Shown: piece after piece, positions 40,284 to 50,591 of the stretch
How positions within the stretch are numbered: position 1 is the stretch's first letter
How the letters are laid out: each line of letters starts with the position of its first letter
NCBI GenBank assembly: GCA_045616625.1
Contig: JAZLHA010000005.1
Span: 1-59,887, forward strand
Origin: Candidatus Enterousia sp.
GTDB taxonomy: Bacteria > Pseudomonadota > Alphaproteobacteria > Rs-D84
Direction: 5' to 3'
DNA length: 59,887 nt
Program-made: the position numbers and the translations under genes
Notes under the pieces: model-generated
Databases searched by the model: none
Told to the model about the DNA's origin: nothing
Seen by the model: the letters and a program-made list of their open reading frames with translations, nothing else

Positions 40284-42266
40284 TTACCATATTTTTACAC
40301 GTTTTTCTGGTGCAACATACAATGTGTTTTTTTCTGTCACGCTAAACGCATCATACCATGCATCAATATGTGGTAAAATTCCATTTACGCGCCAACGCGA
40401 TAAAGAATGTGGATCGGTTTTTGTCCTGCGTAAAATTTCTGAATCACGAATATTGCCTGCTTCGGTCATTGCGTATGCGATAAAAAACCGTTGGTCTGGT
40501 GTTAAATTATTTTCTGTATCTGAATCTTTCCCAAAATGTTTGTATGCTGTATATGCAACTGTCACACCACCATAATCAGCCAAATTTTCACCTAATGTAA
40601 ATTCACCATTCGCATGTGTTTTTGGGGCAACCAAAATATTATTAAAGAAATCACGCATAACATTTGCACGTTCTGTAAAATTATCAGCATCTGATTTTGT
40701 CCACCAATCACGCATATTTCCGCTTTTATCAAATTGGCGTCCTTGGTCGTCAAAACCATGTGTCATTTCATGCCCAATCACAGAGCCAATCGCACCATAA
40801 TTAAACGCATCATCTGCATCCATATCAAAAAATGGATACTGCAAAATTCCCGCAGGAAAACAAATTTCATTTGTTGACGGATCATAATACGCGTTTACTT
40901 CGTGTGCGTTCATATACCAAATTGTCGGGTCTTTGATTTCACCAATTTTATCAAGCCAAAATCTGTCTTCGAATTCATCAACACGCATCATGTTTTCAAA
41001 AAGCGAATCGTTTTTGATAACCAGTTTTGAATAATCACGCCATTTGTCAGGGTATCCAATTTTCGCATGGAAAGTGTTTAATTTTTCAAGTGCTTGTTCT
41101 TTGGTTTCATCCGACATCCATGATAAATTCTGAATACGCATACCCAATGCAGATTGTAAATTTTTTACCAGATTTTGCATGCGTTCTTTGGCCTGGGGTG
41201 AAAAATACTTTTCAACATATAAATGCCCAACCTCTTCGTCGAGTGATGCATCAATCATACCAACCGCGCGTTTCCAACGTGGTTTCTTTTCGTTTTGACC
41301 GGATAATGTACGATTGTAAAAGTCAAACGCAATGTCGTACGTTGTGTCATCTAAAACACCAGTTGCAGAATTCACAACAACATATTTCAAATATGTCTTG
41401 ATTAAATCTAAATCAGTATCATTTATAATCGCAATAGATTCAGCAATTGCTTCTGGTTGATTTACATTTATATATTCTGGATTTATTTTACGTGCTGCAA
41501 AATATGTTTTCCAATTAAAATTTGGAAATTCTGCCTTGAACTGAGTCATCGGCATTTTGTGATAATTTGCATGTGGATCGCGCAATTTTTCTTTTGGGTA
41601 AAATGATTTTGCCATACGTTCTTCGATAGCATATAATTTTTCTGTATCAACATTTATTCCAAAATTAGCCATTTGTTTTGTGATGTATTCACGATATTTT
41701 TTGCGAACCTCCACAGATTTTTCATCCGTATCAAAATAATAATCACGTGATAGACCAGTACCAGATTGACCAATGTTATACAGGTAATGTTCACTATCCA
41801 TTTCGTCCAATGCAACACCATCACCCCAAAATGCAGATATAAAAGCATGTGCTTTGCCAAGATATGTAGCAATTTGGTCGCGTGAATTTATTGCATCTAT
41901 TTCAGCAATATATTTTTTTACGGGTGTTGTTTTTTCAGCATTCAATTTTTTTTCGTCCATTGCAATTTTGTATAACTGACCGATTTTGCCTTTATCGGAT
42001 TCAGCAATTTTGCGAACGCGTTCTAAATTTGTGTTGCCTAATACATCAAAAGAACCATATCTAACATAATCATCTGGTATTGGATTGTTTGCACGCCAAC
42101 CGCCCGTTGCATAATCGTAGAAATCATTTCCCGCCACAGCAGTCAAATCCATATTCTTTATATCTAATCCAATGTTCATATCTTTCCCCTTTAATAATAT
42201 AGTCGCACCAATTGTTGCAATAACAACAGATGTCGCAGCGATTATGTTTAATATTTTGTGTTCCAT
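40284..42266 (-). CDS. pepO: M13 family metallopeptidase (PepO/neprilysin-like)
   Basis: VNAYY, HEMTHGFD, GENLAD, DPHS motifs; N-terminal signal anchor. Confidence 0.93.
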   Translation of the reverse strand: MEHKILNIIAATSVVIATIGATILLKGKDMNIGLDIKNMDLTAVAGNDFYDYATGGWRANNPIPDDYVRYGSFDVLGNTNLERVRKIAESDKGKIGQLYKIAMDEKKLNAEKTTPVKKYIAEIDAINSRDQIATYLGKAHAFISAFWGDGVALDEMDSEHYLYNIGQSGTGLSRDYYFDTDEKSVEVRKKYREYITKQMANFGINVDTEKLYAIEERMAKSFYPKEKLRDPHANYHKMPMTQFKAEFPNFNWKTYFAARKINPEYINVNQPEAIAESIAIINDTDLDLIKTYLKYVVVNSATGVLDDTTYDIAFDFYNRTLSGQNEKKPRWKRAVGMIDASLDEEVGHLYVEKYFSPQAKERMQNLVKNLQSALGMRIQNLSWMSDETKEQALEKLNTFHAKIGYPDKWRDYSKLVIKNDSLFENMMRVDEFEDRFWLDKIGEIKDPTIWYMNAHEVNAYYDPSTNEICFPAGILQYPFFDMDADDAFNYGAIGSVIGHEMTHGFDDQGRQFDKSGNMRDWWTKSDADNFTERANVMRDFFNNILVAPKTHANGEFTLGENLADYGGVTVAYTAYKHFGKDSDTENNLTPDQRFFIAYAMTEAGNIRDSEILRRTKTDPHSLSRWRVNGILPHIDAWYDAFSVTEKNTLYVAPEKRVKIW

Positions 42267-42268
42267 TT

Positions 42269-43345
42269 TTACTTCACCAAATTTAATAACAAATTATCTA
42301 GCATCAAAATACCATTATCTGTTAAAGACAATCTGTCGTTTCTAATGGTTATAAGATAAGGATTTTGTTTTATAAAGTCCATAGAAATTATATCACGCAC
42401 ATTTTGTGTGAGTAAAACACCGTGTTTCGTGCGCAGTCCGGTAATAACGCATTCAATGGCACGAGTTTTATCGTCTATTTTTTCAAATTTTTGGTTTGCA
42501 CCCATCTGTTCGTACCAAATATTGTCTATGTTTATTCTGCCGGCTGCACCACGACCAATACCAATATATGCGTCACCATCCCAAATGTTTTGGTTGTGTT
42601 TACATTCGTTGCCCGGAATTGCATAATTAGAAACCTCATATCGTGGCAAATCTAAGTTGTTGCTTATAGCTATATACATATCAGCCATAGTATCATTTGA
42701 TGGCATTTCTAAATTCATTTTTCCAAATGGTGTTGTTGGTTCTATGGTTAGTTCATACATTGATACATGGTTTAGTCCCAGCAAATTTATTTGTTTACAC
42801 ATTTTTATTACATCGTCTGTCGTTTGGTGGGGTATGCCATAAATAAAATCTGCACTTAAATTTATGTTATATCTTTGTGCGTTTTCTAATAGTTGTAGTG
42901 CGGTTTTAACATTGTGTATTCGCCCCATAAATTTTAATGTTTCATCATCTAAAGATTGCACGCCAACAGATAATCTAGTAATGCCAGCACTAATAAAATC
43001 AGCAAGTTTTGCGTTGTCTATTGTTCCAGGGTTAGATTCAATTGTAATTTCGCAATTTGGTAATACATGAAACTGTTTCGTAATTTGATTTATAATTTTT
43101 GAAAAAATATTAACCGGCATAAGCGATGGTGTTCCGCCACCAAAAAATATGGTTGGCACATCGCAGTGGTCTAATTTATTGCCCCAATAATTTATTTCAG
43201 AAATAATTTCAGATAAATATGTTTCCCAATCTGGTGAAATATTCGCAGTTGAAAAAAAAGCACAGTATTTACACTTAGAAATACAAAACGGAACATGAAT
43301 ATAAATGTTGTGTTTTAGTGTCATGAGAACAATCATAAACGTCAT
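42269..43345 (-). CDS. hemW: radical SAM heme chaperone HemW (HemN-like)
   Basis: YIHVPFCISKCKYC, FFGGGTPS, YEVSNYA, HNQNIW; start may be 43324. Confidence 0.9.
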   Translation of the reverse strand: MTFMIVLMTLKHNIYIHVPFCISKCKYCAFFSTANISPDWETYLSEIISEINYWGNKLDHCDVPTIFFGGGTPSLMPVNIFSKIINQITKQFHVLPNCEITIESNPGTIDNAKLADFISAGITRLSVGVQSLDDETLKFMGRIHNVKTALQLLENAQRYNINLSADFIYGIPHQTTDDVIKMCKQINLLGLNHVSMYELTIEPTTPFGKMNLEMPSNDTMADMYIAISNNLDLPRYEVSNYAIPGNECKHNQNIWDGDAYIGIGRGAAGRINIDNIWYEQMGANQKFEKIDDKTRAIECVITGLRTKHGVLLTQNVRDIISMDFIKQNPYLITIRNDRLSLTDNGILMLDNLLLNLVK

Positions 43346-43413
43346 GTTAAAAAAATCAAATTACAAATTGCTTTTATTTATCGATTTGTGATATAATCGT
43401 GTTGAAGGGTAAT

Positions 43414-44871
43414 ATGAAAAAGAAAATAAATCTATTATTAGCCGGTTTTTTGACACCTTTGACGGTTTTTGCTGCGGGTGAGGGTGTGCCATCATATTAT
43501 CAAAAAAATGCAGCGAATGGTTCAAAATATACAACTTATGTTGGTAATTCTGGGCAAAAACAGGTTGTGGGTAGTCGTACATACAATTATCGTGTCCCCG
43601 TTCAAAATAATAGTTATGTGCAAAAAACTGGACAAATGACACCAAATGGTATTGCTGTTCCGGTTGAAGATGAAAAAAAGACGACGATTTATGGTGGTTA
43701 TGCGCGTCGTTTTGCCGATTTTGAATTTGAAACAGGTGTAAATTCTGTTCTTGAATGGGACGATATGGTTTTTAATGAGTTTACTGCTGGACTTAGTCAT
43801 AATTTTTCACTCGGTAGTTTTGATTTAAATGTATTTGGTGAATATACATATGGTTCTATGACAAGTGGTGGCTTGTCAATGGACTATGACTTAAAACCTT
43901 ATGATGCGGCATATCCCGAAGAAGGAATATTCACAATTTCTATGGGTGATCAAAGTGGTAAAAGTCATCATATAAAATTTGGTTTGTCTGCACATCATGT
44001 TTGGGATATCGGTGGCTGGAAATTGTCGCCAACAATTGGGTATGAAATATTTAAACATAACTTGGAAATGTCGGACCATTATTATCCGAATCCTGGGGTC
44101 TATGTTCCTTTGTTGACTAATGGCGGAACTTATGTGTTTGGTAACGGTAAAGATTATTATTCTGTTCCATATGGTATGACAAATGAAGCAATTGAGATGG
44201 GACTTTACCAGGTTTGTATGTCGCCTGAAGATATTGGTTTAGTTCCAGGTGGTAGTTCTAGTATTGTTCCTTTGTCATGGAGTGGAGGATTGGTGCCTTA
44301 TGACTCTGGAATGGGGTATATTCCATGGGGTGTTGGACCGAATGAATGTGTAATTATTGGTGGTGATGGTCCAATAGTTGTCGGTGGAACAACACATATT
44401 TACGAAACAACATGGAGTGGTTTTTACGTCGGTCTAGAAGTTGAAAAACAAATGACGTGGTCTGACAAGGTGCGCTTGTATGTTCAGTTTGGTTTGCCAA
44501 AATATTCATCCGAAGGAACATGGCCAAATCGTACGGATTGGCAGCAGAACCCGAGTTTCTTGGACGAAGGTTCTAATGGCGCCTATTCGTACGAGGCTGA
44601 ATTAGAATATCTGCTTAAATTGTCTGATCGTTTACATTTATCTTTAAAGGTTGATACTAATTATTTTCATGTTGGTGAAATACCTGGTGAATTATATGTT
44701 GCAGAATATGTAGATTGGTTATATGACGAAAATGGTAGTATTATTACTGATAAAGATGGTGTACCACAGATAGATGTTCAGAATGCGCATACTGAATACA
44801 TACCTCAATCTTTGAAGAAAGCAAAATGGCAATCGTTTGGATTGCATCTGGGGCTTAATTTTGCATTTTAA
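43414..44871 (+). CDS. outer-membrane beta-barrel protein (omptin-like fold suspected) with large loop insertions
   Basis: Signal peptide, amphipathic strands, C-terminal LHLGLNFAF Bam signal. Confidence 0.7.
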   Translation: MKKKINLLLAGFLTPLTVFAAGEGVPSYYQKNAANGSKYTTYVGNSGQKQVVGSRTYNYRVPVQNNSYVQKTGQMTPNGIAVPVEDEKKTTIYGGYARRFADFEFETGVNSVLEWDDMVFNEFTAGLSHNFSLGSFDLNVFGEYTYGSMTSGGLSMDYDLKPYDAAYPEEGIFTISMGDQSGKSHHIKFGLSAHHVWDIGGWKLSPTIGYEIFKHNLEMSDHYYPNPGVYVPLLTNGGTYVFGNGKDYYSVPYGMTNEAIEMGLYQVCMSPEDIGLVPGGSSSIVPLSWSGGLVPYDSGMGYIPWGVGPNECVIIGGDGPIVVGGTTHIYETTWSGFYVGLEVEKQMTWSDKVRLYVQFGLPKYSSEGTWPNRTDWQQNPSFLDEGSNGAYSYEAELEYLLKLSDRLHLSLKVDTNYFHVGEIPGELYVAEYVDWLYDENGSIITDKDGVPQIDVQNAHTEYIPQSLKKAKWQSFGLHLGLNFAF

Positions 44872-44888
44872 TAAAGGGCCAAACATAT

Positions 44889-45929
44889 ATGCTGTGTCAT
44901 AGGCGCTATATTGTCGCTTTTATTTTGAGTTTAGTTTGTTGTCGTGCATTTGCTGACACAGGGGCTTTTGATATAGATAGATGGGCTGCTGTGTTGGATG
45001 ATGTGCGTGCACGTGCAGGTGCGATGGCAATTTCTTCTTCTGTGATTGATTCTGTGACTAAATCACCATCTTTTATACCATCTGTTATAAAACATGATAG
45101 ACACCAGGCTGAATTTAAGATGACGTTGGATGGTTATTTGGCTCGGACGGTTTCAGATAAGCGCGTTCGTCAGGGTCGTTTGATGTATAAAAAATATCCA
45201 ACAATGTTAACTAATGTTGAAAAAAAGTTTGGTATTCAGCCACATGTTATGTTAGCATTTTGGGGTATGGAATCTAATTATGGTGAAGTAAAATCAAAAT
45301 ATAAATTAACAGATTCTTTCCTTACATTGATGTATGATGGTCGGCGTGAGGTTTTCTTTCGCGACCAGTTATTGTCACTTATGAAAACCGCTGATAAAAA
45401 TAAATTAGATGCTTGTTCTATTTATGGTAGTTGGGCTGGTGCAATGGGGCATTTTCAATTTATCCCGACGACATTGGCGCAATATGGTGTGGATGGGAAT
45501 TATGATGGTCGTATTGATATTATAAATAGCGTTGGTGACGCTATGTTTAGTGCTGGTAATTATCTAAATAAACTTGGGTGGAACCCACATGAACGCATTG
45601 TTCGTCGTGTTGTATTGCCTGCTGGTTTTGATGTGTCGTTGCTTGACGGTAAAACAAAAAAGACTTTGGCTGAATGGTCGTATATGGGTATTCTCAATCC
45701 GGATGGAACCCCAATCCCAGATGGTGATATGTTGGCGGGTTTGGTTGGTGATGTGAATTCTTTTGATAATGTATCAGAGGGTGATATAAATCCTGATATG
45801 GATATCCAGGCACAGCCTGTCTATGTCGCGTATTTAACATATCCAAATTTTTATAGAATAAAAAAATGGAATAATTCTAATTGGTATGCAATAGCAATTG
45901 CTACATTGGCAGATAAATTAAAAAAATAA
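44889..45929 (+). CDS. lytic murein transglycosylase (MltB/SLT_2 family)
   Basis: WGMESNYG, GSWAGAMGHFQFIP, DGNYDGRID EF-hand, WNNSNWYA. Confidence 0.92.
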   Translation: MLCHRRYIVAFILSLVCCRAFADTGAFDIDRWAAVLDDVRARAGAMAISSSVIDSVTKSPSFIPSVIKHDRHQAEFKMTLDGYLARTVSDKRVRQGRLMYKKYPTMLTNVEKKFGIQPHVMLAFWGMESNYGEVKSKYKLTDSFLTLMYDGRREVFFRDQLLSLMKTADKNKLDACSIYGSWAGAMGHFQFIPTTLAQYGVDGNYDGRIDIINSVGDAMFSAGNYLNKLGWNPHERIVRRVVLPAGFDVSLLDGKTKKTLAEWSYMGILNPDGTPIPDGDMLAGLVGDVNSFDNVSEGDINPDMDIQAQPVYVAYLTYPNFYRIKKWNNSNWYAIAIATLADKLKK

Positions 45930-45992
45930 TTGAAAATCTGCTATTTCTCTGATACCCTTTACCATATTGTATAACATAAGAAAGGTAAAGAT

Positions 45993-46946
45993 ATGGCTAT
46001 TAAAGTGCGTGATTATGAAGTTCGCTTAACTCGCAACAAAGAAGAACGCAGATTGGTGCGTCAATTACGGTACGAGGTTTTTTGCGAAGAAGAAAACGCG
46101 TCTCCAACCGAAGAACAAAAAAATTTACGTGAAGAATATGACGCGTATGATACTTTTGCTGAATATATGGCGGTGTTTCATAATGGCAAGATAGTTGGAA
46201 CTTATCGCATTATTGATAGAAATGCTGCTGAAAAAATGGGCGGATTTTTTACTGAAACAGAATTTAATATTACGAAAATAAAAAAGATAAAGGGCAATAT
46301 TGCTGAAATGTCACGTGCCTGTGTTAATGCAGAATATCGTGAAAATGGTTTGGTTATGCGCCTGCTATGGGCTGGTTTGTGTGAATATGTTGTAAAGCGC
46401 AAGATTGCAATTTTATTTGGTGTACCATCGTGGGTTGGAACAAATCCTGCGGATTCTGCCCAGGCTATTTCATATTTGTATTATAATCATTTGTCACCTT
46501 TGCATTTGCGTGCAACTGTGGATACAACTTATTTTGCGCCTGGGGTAAACCCAAAAATGTCTCAGATGAATATTTTGCCACGTGCATTTGTTGATGAAGA
46601 AGTTGCTAAAAAACAAATGACCCCGTTGATAAAGGGTTACTTGCGTCTGGGGGCAACATTTGGTCGTGGTGTGTTTGTTGATAAACAGTTTGGAACATAT
46701 GATGTATTCGTTATGGTTCAGACCAAGAATGTTGATAAAGCATATCAAAAACATTTCGCGGGTAGTGAAAACGCATTTGAACATTTGGATGTCAAAGACG
46801 GTCCATTGCATACGTTGGCCAAGATATTGGTTTCACCGGTGACTGGCGCGTTCAAGGCTATGCGTTCTGTGTTTGATTTCTTGCTGCGCGAAGATGCTGC
46901 TGATGCAGAGTTAGTAAATGACAACCCATCCGAAGATGATAAATAA
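45993..46946 (+). CDS. olsB: OlsB-like N-acyltransferase (ornithine lipid synthesis)
   Basis: QLRYEVF..D.YD..VGTYR..EMSRACV..LLWAGL..PLIKGYLRLGA; coupled to an acyltransferase. Confidence 0.8.
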   Translation: MAIKVRDYEVRLTRNKEERRLVRQLRYEVFCEEENASPTEEQKNLREEYDAYDTFAEYMAVFHNGKIVGTYRIIDRNAAEKMGGFFTETEFNITKIKKIKGNIAEMSRACVNAEYRENGLVMRLLWAGLCEYVVKRKIAILFGVPSWVGTNPADSAQAISYLYYNHLSPLHLRATVDTTYFAPGVNPKMSQMNILPRAFVDEEVAKKQMTPLIKGYLRLGATFGRGVFVDKQFGTYDVFVMVQTKNVDKAYQKHFAGSENAFEHLDVKDGPLHTLAKILVSPVTGAFKAMRSVFDFLLREDAADAELVNDNPSEDDK

Positions 46947-47776
46947 TGCCAAGAAAACAAAACTTTTTTAATACATTATTTGCAGTAATAAAATTCGTTT
47001 TATTTTGGTTGATGGTTATTGCGCAATTACCAATCATATTTATTATTCCAACAGGCAGGTTGTCTGTTAAATATATGCGTGTATTTATGGCAATTGCTGC
47101 TTTTTGGGCTGGGGTTCGTGTCCGTGTAAATGGTAAATTATCTGATGCGCGTCCGTTGTTATGTGTTTGTAATCATATATCGGTATTTGAATTTATATCT
47201 ATGCCGATTGCCTTTGGGGCGTCATTTTTTGGCAAGGCTGATATAGCACATTATCCTTTGGTTGGTTGGATTGCTAAAAAGTTTGGTGTTATATTTGTGG
47301 ACCGTCGTCCATCACACGCGATGGATGCTTTATCGGTTGTTCAAAAACAAATGCAAAATGCACATTATCCAATGTTTTTATTTCCAGAAGGAACAACAAC
47401 AAACGGCGCTTATGTAAAAACTTTTAAAAGCACTCTGTTTAATATAGTAGAAGATAACAAAGATTTAACAATTCAACCTGTTGTTATGAATTATCGATAT
47501 CGTAACGGAAATGTAATAAGTGATACAGATATGGCAAATCATTTCGCTTATTTTGATAATGCAAAACAAGATATGGGACCATTATGTGAACGTGAACGCA
47601 GTGCATTTGGTCAGATTTTTCACATTATGGTTTTGGGTGGTTTCTTGGTTGATATAACTGTATTGCCTGTGCCCCGTTTGGGTAATGTTGATAGAAAAGA
47701 AATTGCATTGAAACTGCATGAAATTGTTTCAGATAAATATATGGAATTAAAAAACAAAAAATATAAAGAGAAGTAA
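46946..47776 (+). CDS. PlsC/OlsA-family acyltransferase
   Basis: NHISVFE (HX4D variant), FVDR, FPEGTT motifs. Confidence 0.85.
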   Translation: MPRKQNFFNTLFAVIKFVLFWLMVIAQLPIIFIIPTGRLSVKYMRVFMAIAAFWAGVRVRVNGKLSDARPLLCVCNHISVFEFISMPIAFGASFFGKADIAHYPLVGWIAKKFGVIFVDRRPSHAMDALSVVQKQMQNAHYPMFLFPEGTTTNGAYVKTFKSTLFNIVEDNKDLTIQPVVMNYRYRNGNVISDTDMANHFAYFDNAKQDMGPLCERERSAFGQIFHIMVLGGFLVDITVLPVPRLGNVDRKEIALKLHEIVSDKYMELKNKKYKEK

Positions 47777-47778
47777 AA

Positions 47779-49215
47779 ATGAAAACAGCAATTACACCAA
47801 CGCGTGCAGAAAATTTTAATGAATGGTATCAGAATTTAATTGTTGCCGCTGATTTAGCAGAAAATTCACCTGTACGTGGTTGTATGACGATTAAACCGTA
47901 TGGTTGGGCAATTTGGGAACTGATGCGTGATGAAATGGATAAAAGAATTAAAGCGTGTGGCGTTTTGAACGCAAATTTCCCATTGCTGATACCTGTGGAT
48001 TTTTTTACGCGTGAAGCAGAACACGTTGCTGGCTTTGCCAAGGAATGTGCTGTTGTTACACACCACAGATTAAAAATGATAGATGGTAAATTACAACCAG
48101 ATCCAGATTCAGAATTAACAGACCCATATGTTATTCGTCCAACATCAGAAACTATAATTGGTGATGCGATGTCGCGTTGGGTTCAATCGTGGCGTGATTT
48201 GCCAATGAAATTGAATCAGTGGGTAAATGTTATGCGCTGGGAAATGCGTCCAAGATTGTTCTTGCGTACTGCTGAATTTAATTGGCAAGAAGGGCATAAT
48301 GTTTTTGCTACGCACGAAGAAGCAAACGCTGATGCGCGCAAGATGCACAAATTATATGCTGATTACATGGAACAGATTTTGGCGATACCTGTAATTATGG
48401 GTGAAAAAACGCCAGAGGAAAGATTTGCCGGAGCGGATCATACATATACCACAGAACAAATTATGCAGGATGGTAAGGCTCTGCAGGCTGGAACATCACA
48501 TGATTTAGGTCAGCATTTTTCCAAATCATTTAATATTCAATTTTTAGGAACAGATGGGAAATTACAACACGCATGGACAACCAGTTGGGGAACATCAACA
48601 CGTATGATGGGTGGTTTGTTTATGACACATTCTGATGATGATGGTTTGATTTTACCACCGGCAATTGCACCTTATCAAATTGTGATTATTCCAATTGTTC
48701 GTGATGAAAATTCAGATGCATTGAATGATTATGCTGAAAAATTAGGTGAACAATTGTGTGGTTTGGGTATTCGTGTATTGGTTGATACATCTGATATGCG
48801 TGCACCGGATAAAATGTGGAAATGGATTAAACGTGGCGTGCCATTACGTGTTGAAATTGGTGCGCGTGAAATGGAATCAGATTCTGTCACAATTACGCGT
48901 CGTGATTTAGGCAAAGATTCTAAACGCACAATAGCGGTTTCTGAATTGCTTTCATCTGTGAACACTATGTTATCAGATATGCAGACTGAAATGTTGCACG
49001 CGGCCCAGGAACGCAATGCAAAGATGATGCATAATGTTGATTCCTTATCAGAACTAGAACAAGAATTAGATAAGGGGACAATTGGATTTTTCCGTATTAA
49101 ATACGAACAGACAACAAATGATGAATTTGATGGCTTGATTGAAAAGTATAAAATATCACGTCGTTGTTTGGATGATAAAGATCCAAGTTATGTATTTGTT
49201 GCAAAGTCATATTAA
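47779..49215 (+). CDS. proS: proline--tRNA ligase, archaeal/eukaryote-like type
   Basis: IRPTSET, RWEMRPRLFLRT.EF.WQEGH, KALQAGTSH; no editing insertion, C-terminal ..AKSY. Confidence 0.95.
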   Translation: MKTAITPTRAENFNEWYQNLIVAADLAENSPVRGCMTIKPYGWAIWELMRDEMDKRIKACGVLNANFPLLIPVDFFTREAEHVAGFAKECAVVTHHRLKMIDGKLQPDPDSELTDPYVIRPTSETIIGDAMSRWVQSWRDLPMKLNQWVNVMRWEMRPRLFLRTAEFNWQEGHNVFATHEEANADARKMHKLYADYMEQILAIPVIMGEKTPEERFAGADHTYTTEQIMQDGKALQAGTSHDLGQHFSKSFNIQFLGTDGKLQHAWTTSWGTSTRMMGGLFMTHSDDDGLILPPAIAPYQIVIIPIVRDENSDALNDYAEKLGEQLCGLGIRVLVDTSDMRAPDKMWKWIKRGVPLRVEIGAREMESDSVTITRRDLGKDSKRTIAVSELLSSVNTMLSDMQTEMLHAAQERNAKMMHNVDSLSELEQELDKGTIGFFRIKYEQTTNDEFDGLIEKYKISRRCLDDKDPSYVFVAKSY

Positions 49216-49257
49216 AAAAACAGCACCAATTTGGTGCTGTTTTTTTAATTTGTTTTT

Positions 49258-49977
49258 TTATTGTTCTTGTTCTGCTTCGAATGCTTCCTGTGCGGCAGCT
49301 GCAGTTTCTATTTGTAATAACTGATTTTCCAAAGCGTCACGTTCAGATGTTTTATATCCAGTATCAGAATCTTCATTTGTTTGTTTGTCATCCGTATTGT
49401 GTATAGCAGGATTTATCAAGTTTTGATAAATTTCTATTGCTTCCTTGGTACCTGCAACATCACGTTGTAACAGTTTACTTTCATCGCCCGGTATAAACCA
49501 ATCATCTAACTTTACGGCGGTCATTTGCATAATTGGGCGTGTACGCGCGTTTGTGAGCCAGTTTGGTGTAGTTGGTGTATCAGAATAATACCACAACGCA
49601 CACCAATAAATAACACCCATAACAAGGATACCACGAACGATACCAAAAATAACCCCCAATGTTTTATCTGTGACATTTAAAATGCTGCGTTGAATTTTTT
49701 CGCGCAGGCGTTGGTTTATAAAACTCGTTAAAATAAGTATTATAAAGAATACTATAAAATAAGATGCAACAGTTGTCCCAACAGTCGATTCAGATAATTT
49801 AAACCACGACTGTAATAATGTATCCAACCAGGGGGAGGCAAATCGTGCAGCCACCGCCGCAACAACCCACGCGAGTGTTGCGATGGTTTCGTAAACACCA
49901 CCACGAATTGTTGCCCATACAGTAGATAACAATATAATACCAATGTAAATATAATCTAAAATCGTTAAGTCAAACAT
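49258..49977 (-). CDS. CvpA family membrane protein
   Basis: LDYI..RGG..E, DKTLGVIFGIVRG. Confidence 0.85.
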   Translation of the reverse strand: MFDLTILDYIYIGIILLSTVWATIRGGVYETIATLAWVVAAVAARFASPWLDTLLQSWFKLSESTVGTTVASYFIVFFIILILTSFINQRLREKIQRSILNVTDKTLGVIFGIVRGILVMGVIYWCALWYYSDTPTTPNWLTNARTRPIMQMTAVKLDDWFIPGDESKLLQRDVAGTKEAIEIYQNLINPAIHNTDDKQTNEDSDTGYKTSERDALENQLLQIETAAAAQEAFEAEQEQ

Positions 49978-50068
49978 ATTTCACCACCCGATTATTTTTT
50001 CTTTGATGCAGAAACGATTGCAATTCCAGCAATTAACAATATACCGCCCAAAACAAACCAAATACTAT

Positions 50069-50527
50069 TTAGTTTTTTTTTGAGCCTTCATCGTTGATAA
50101 TTTCTGCTGATTTATTGTTTTTACGAAATTCCTTGGCGTCTTTTTTCATTTCATCTTGAACTTTTTTTGCGCTTTCTTTATCAGCGTCTGATAAATCAGC
50201 GGCAACCGCATCACGTAATTCAGATTGCATAGAATCAGCATAACCTTGGAAACATTTTTCGCCGATTATCATCACTGGAACACCACCGGTTGTATAACCA
50301 CATTTTGTTAACGCTGTTAAAAAGCCTGCCTGGTTATCCCTTTTGGAAACATTGATTTCTGTCACAGAAATAGATGGAAATTCATACGCGATATAGTCTG
50401 AAATAAAATCGCGTGCATGATGACAATGTGGACATGTTGGCATATAATAAACAGTTATATCAGCAGCATTCGCAAATCCAGTAAATGCAACACCCGCGAC
50501 AATTCCAAGTACAGAAAACTTTTTCAT
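50069..50527 (-). CDS. exported thioredoxin/glutaredoxin-fold protein (CPHC)
   Basis: Signal peptide, TCPHC, GGVP cis-Pro loop; possible -1 frameshift extension to 49992. Confidence 0.85.
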   Translation of the reverse strand: MKKFSVLGIVAGVAFTGFANAADITVYYMPTCPHCHHARDFISDYIAYEFPSISVTEINVSKRDNQAGFLTALTKCGYTTGGVPVMIIGEKCFQGYADSMQSELRDAVAADLSDADKESAKKVQDEMKKDAKEFRKNNKSAEIINDEGSKKN

Positions 50528-50591
50528 AATATCTCCTTTTCTTATTTAGAAAGATATTATAAAAATCATTGTTATCTGGTGCAAGAGTTTT

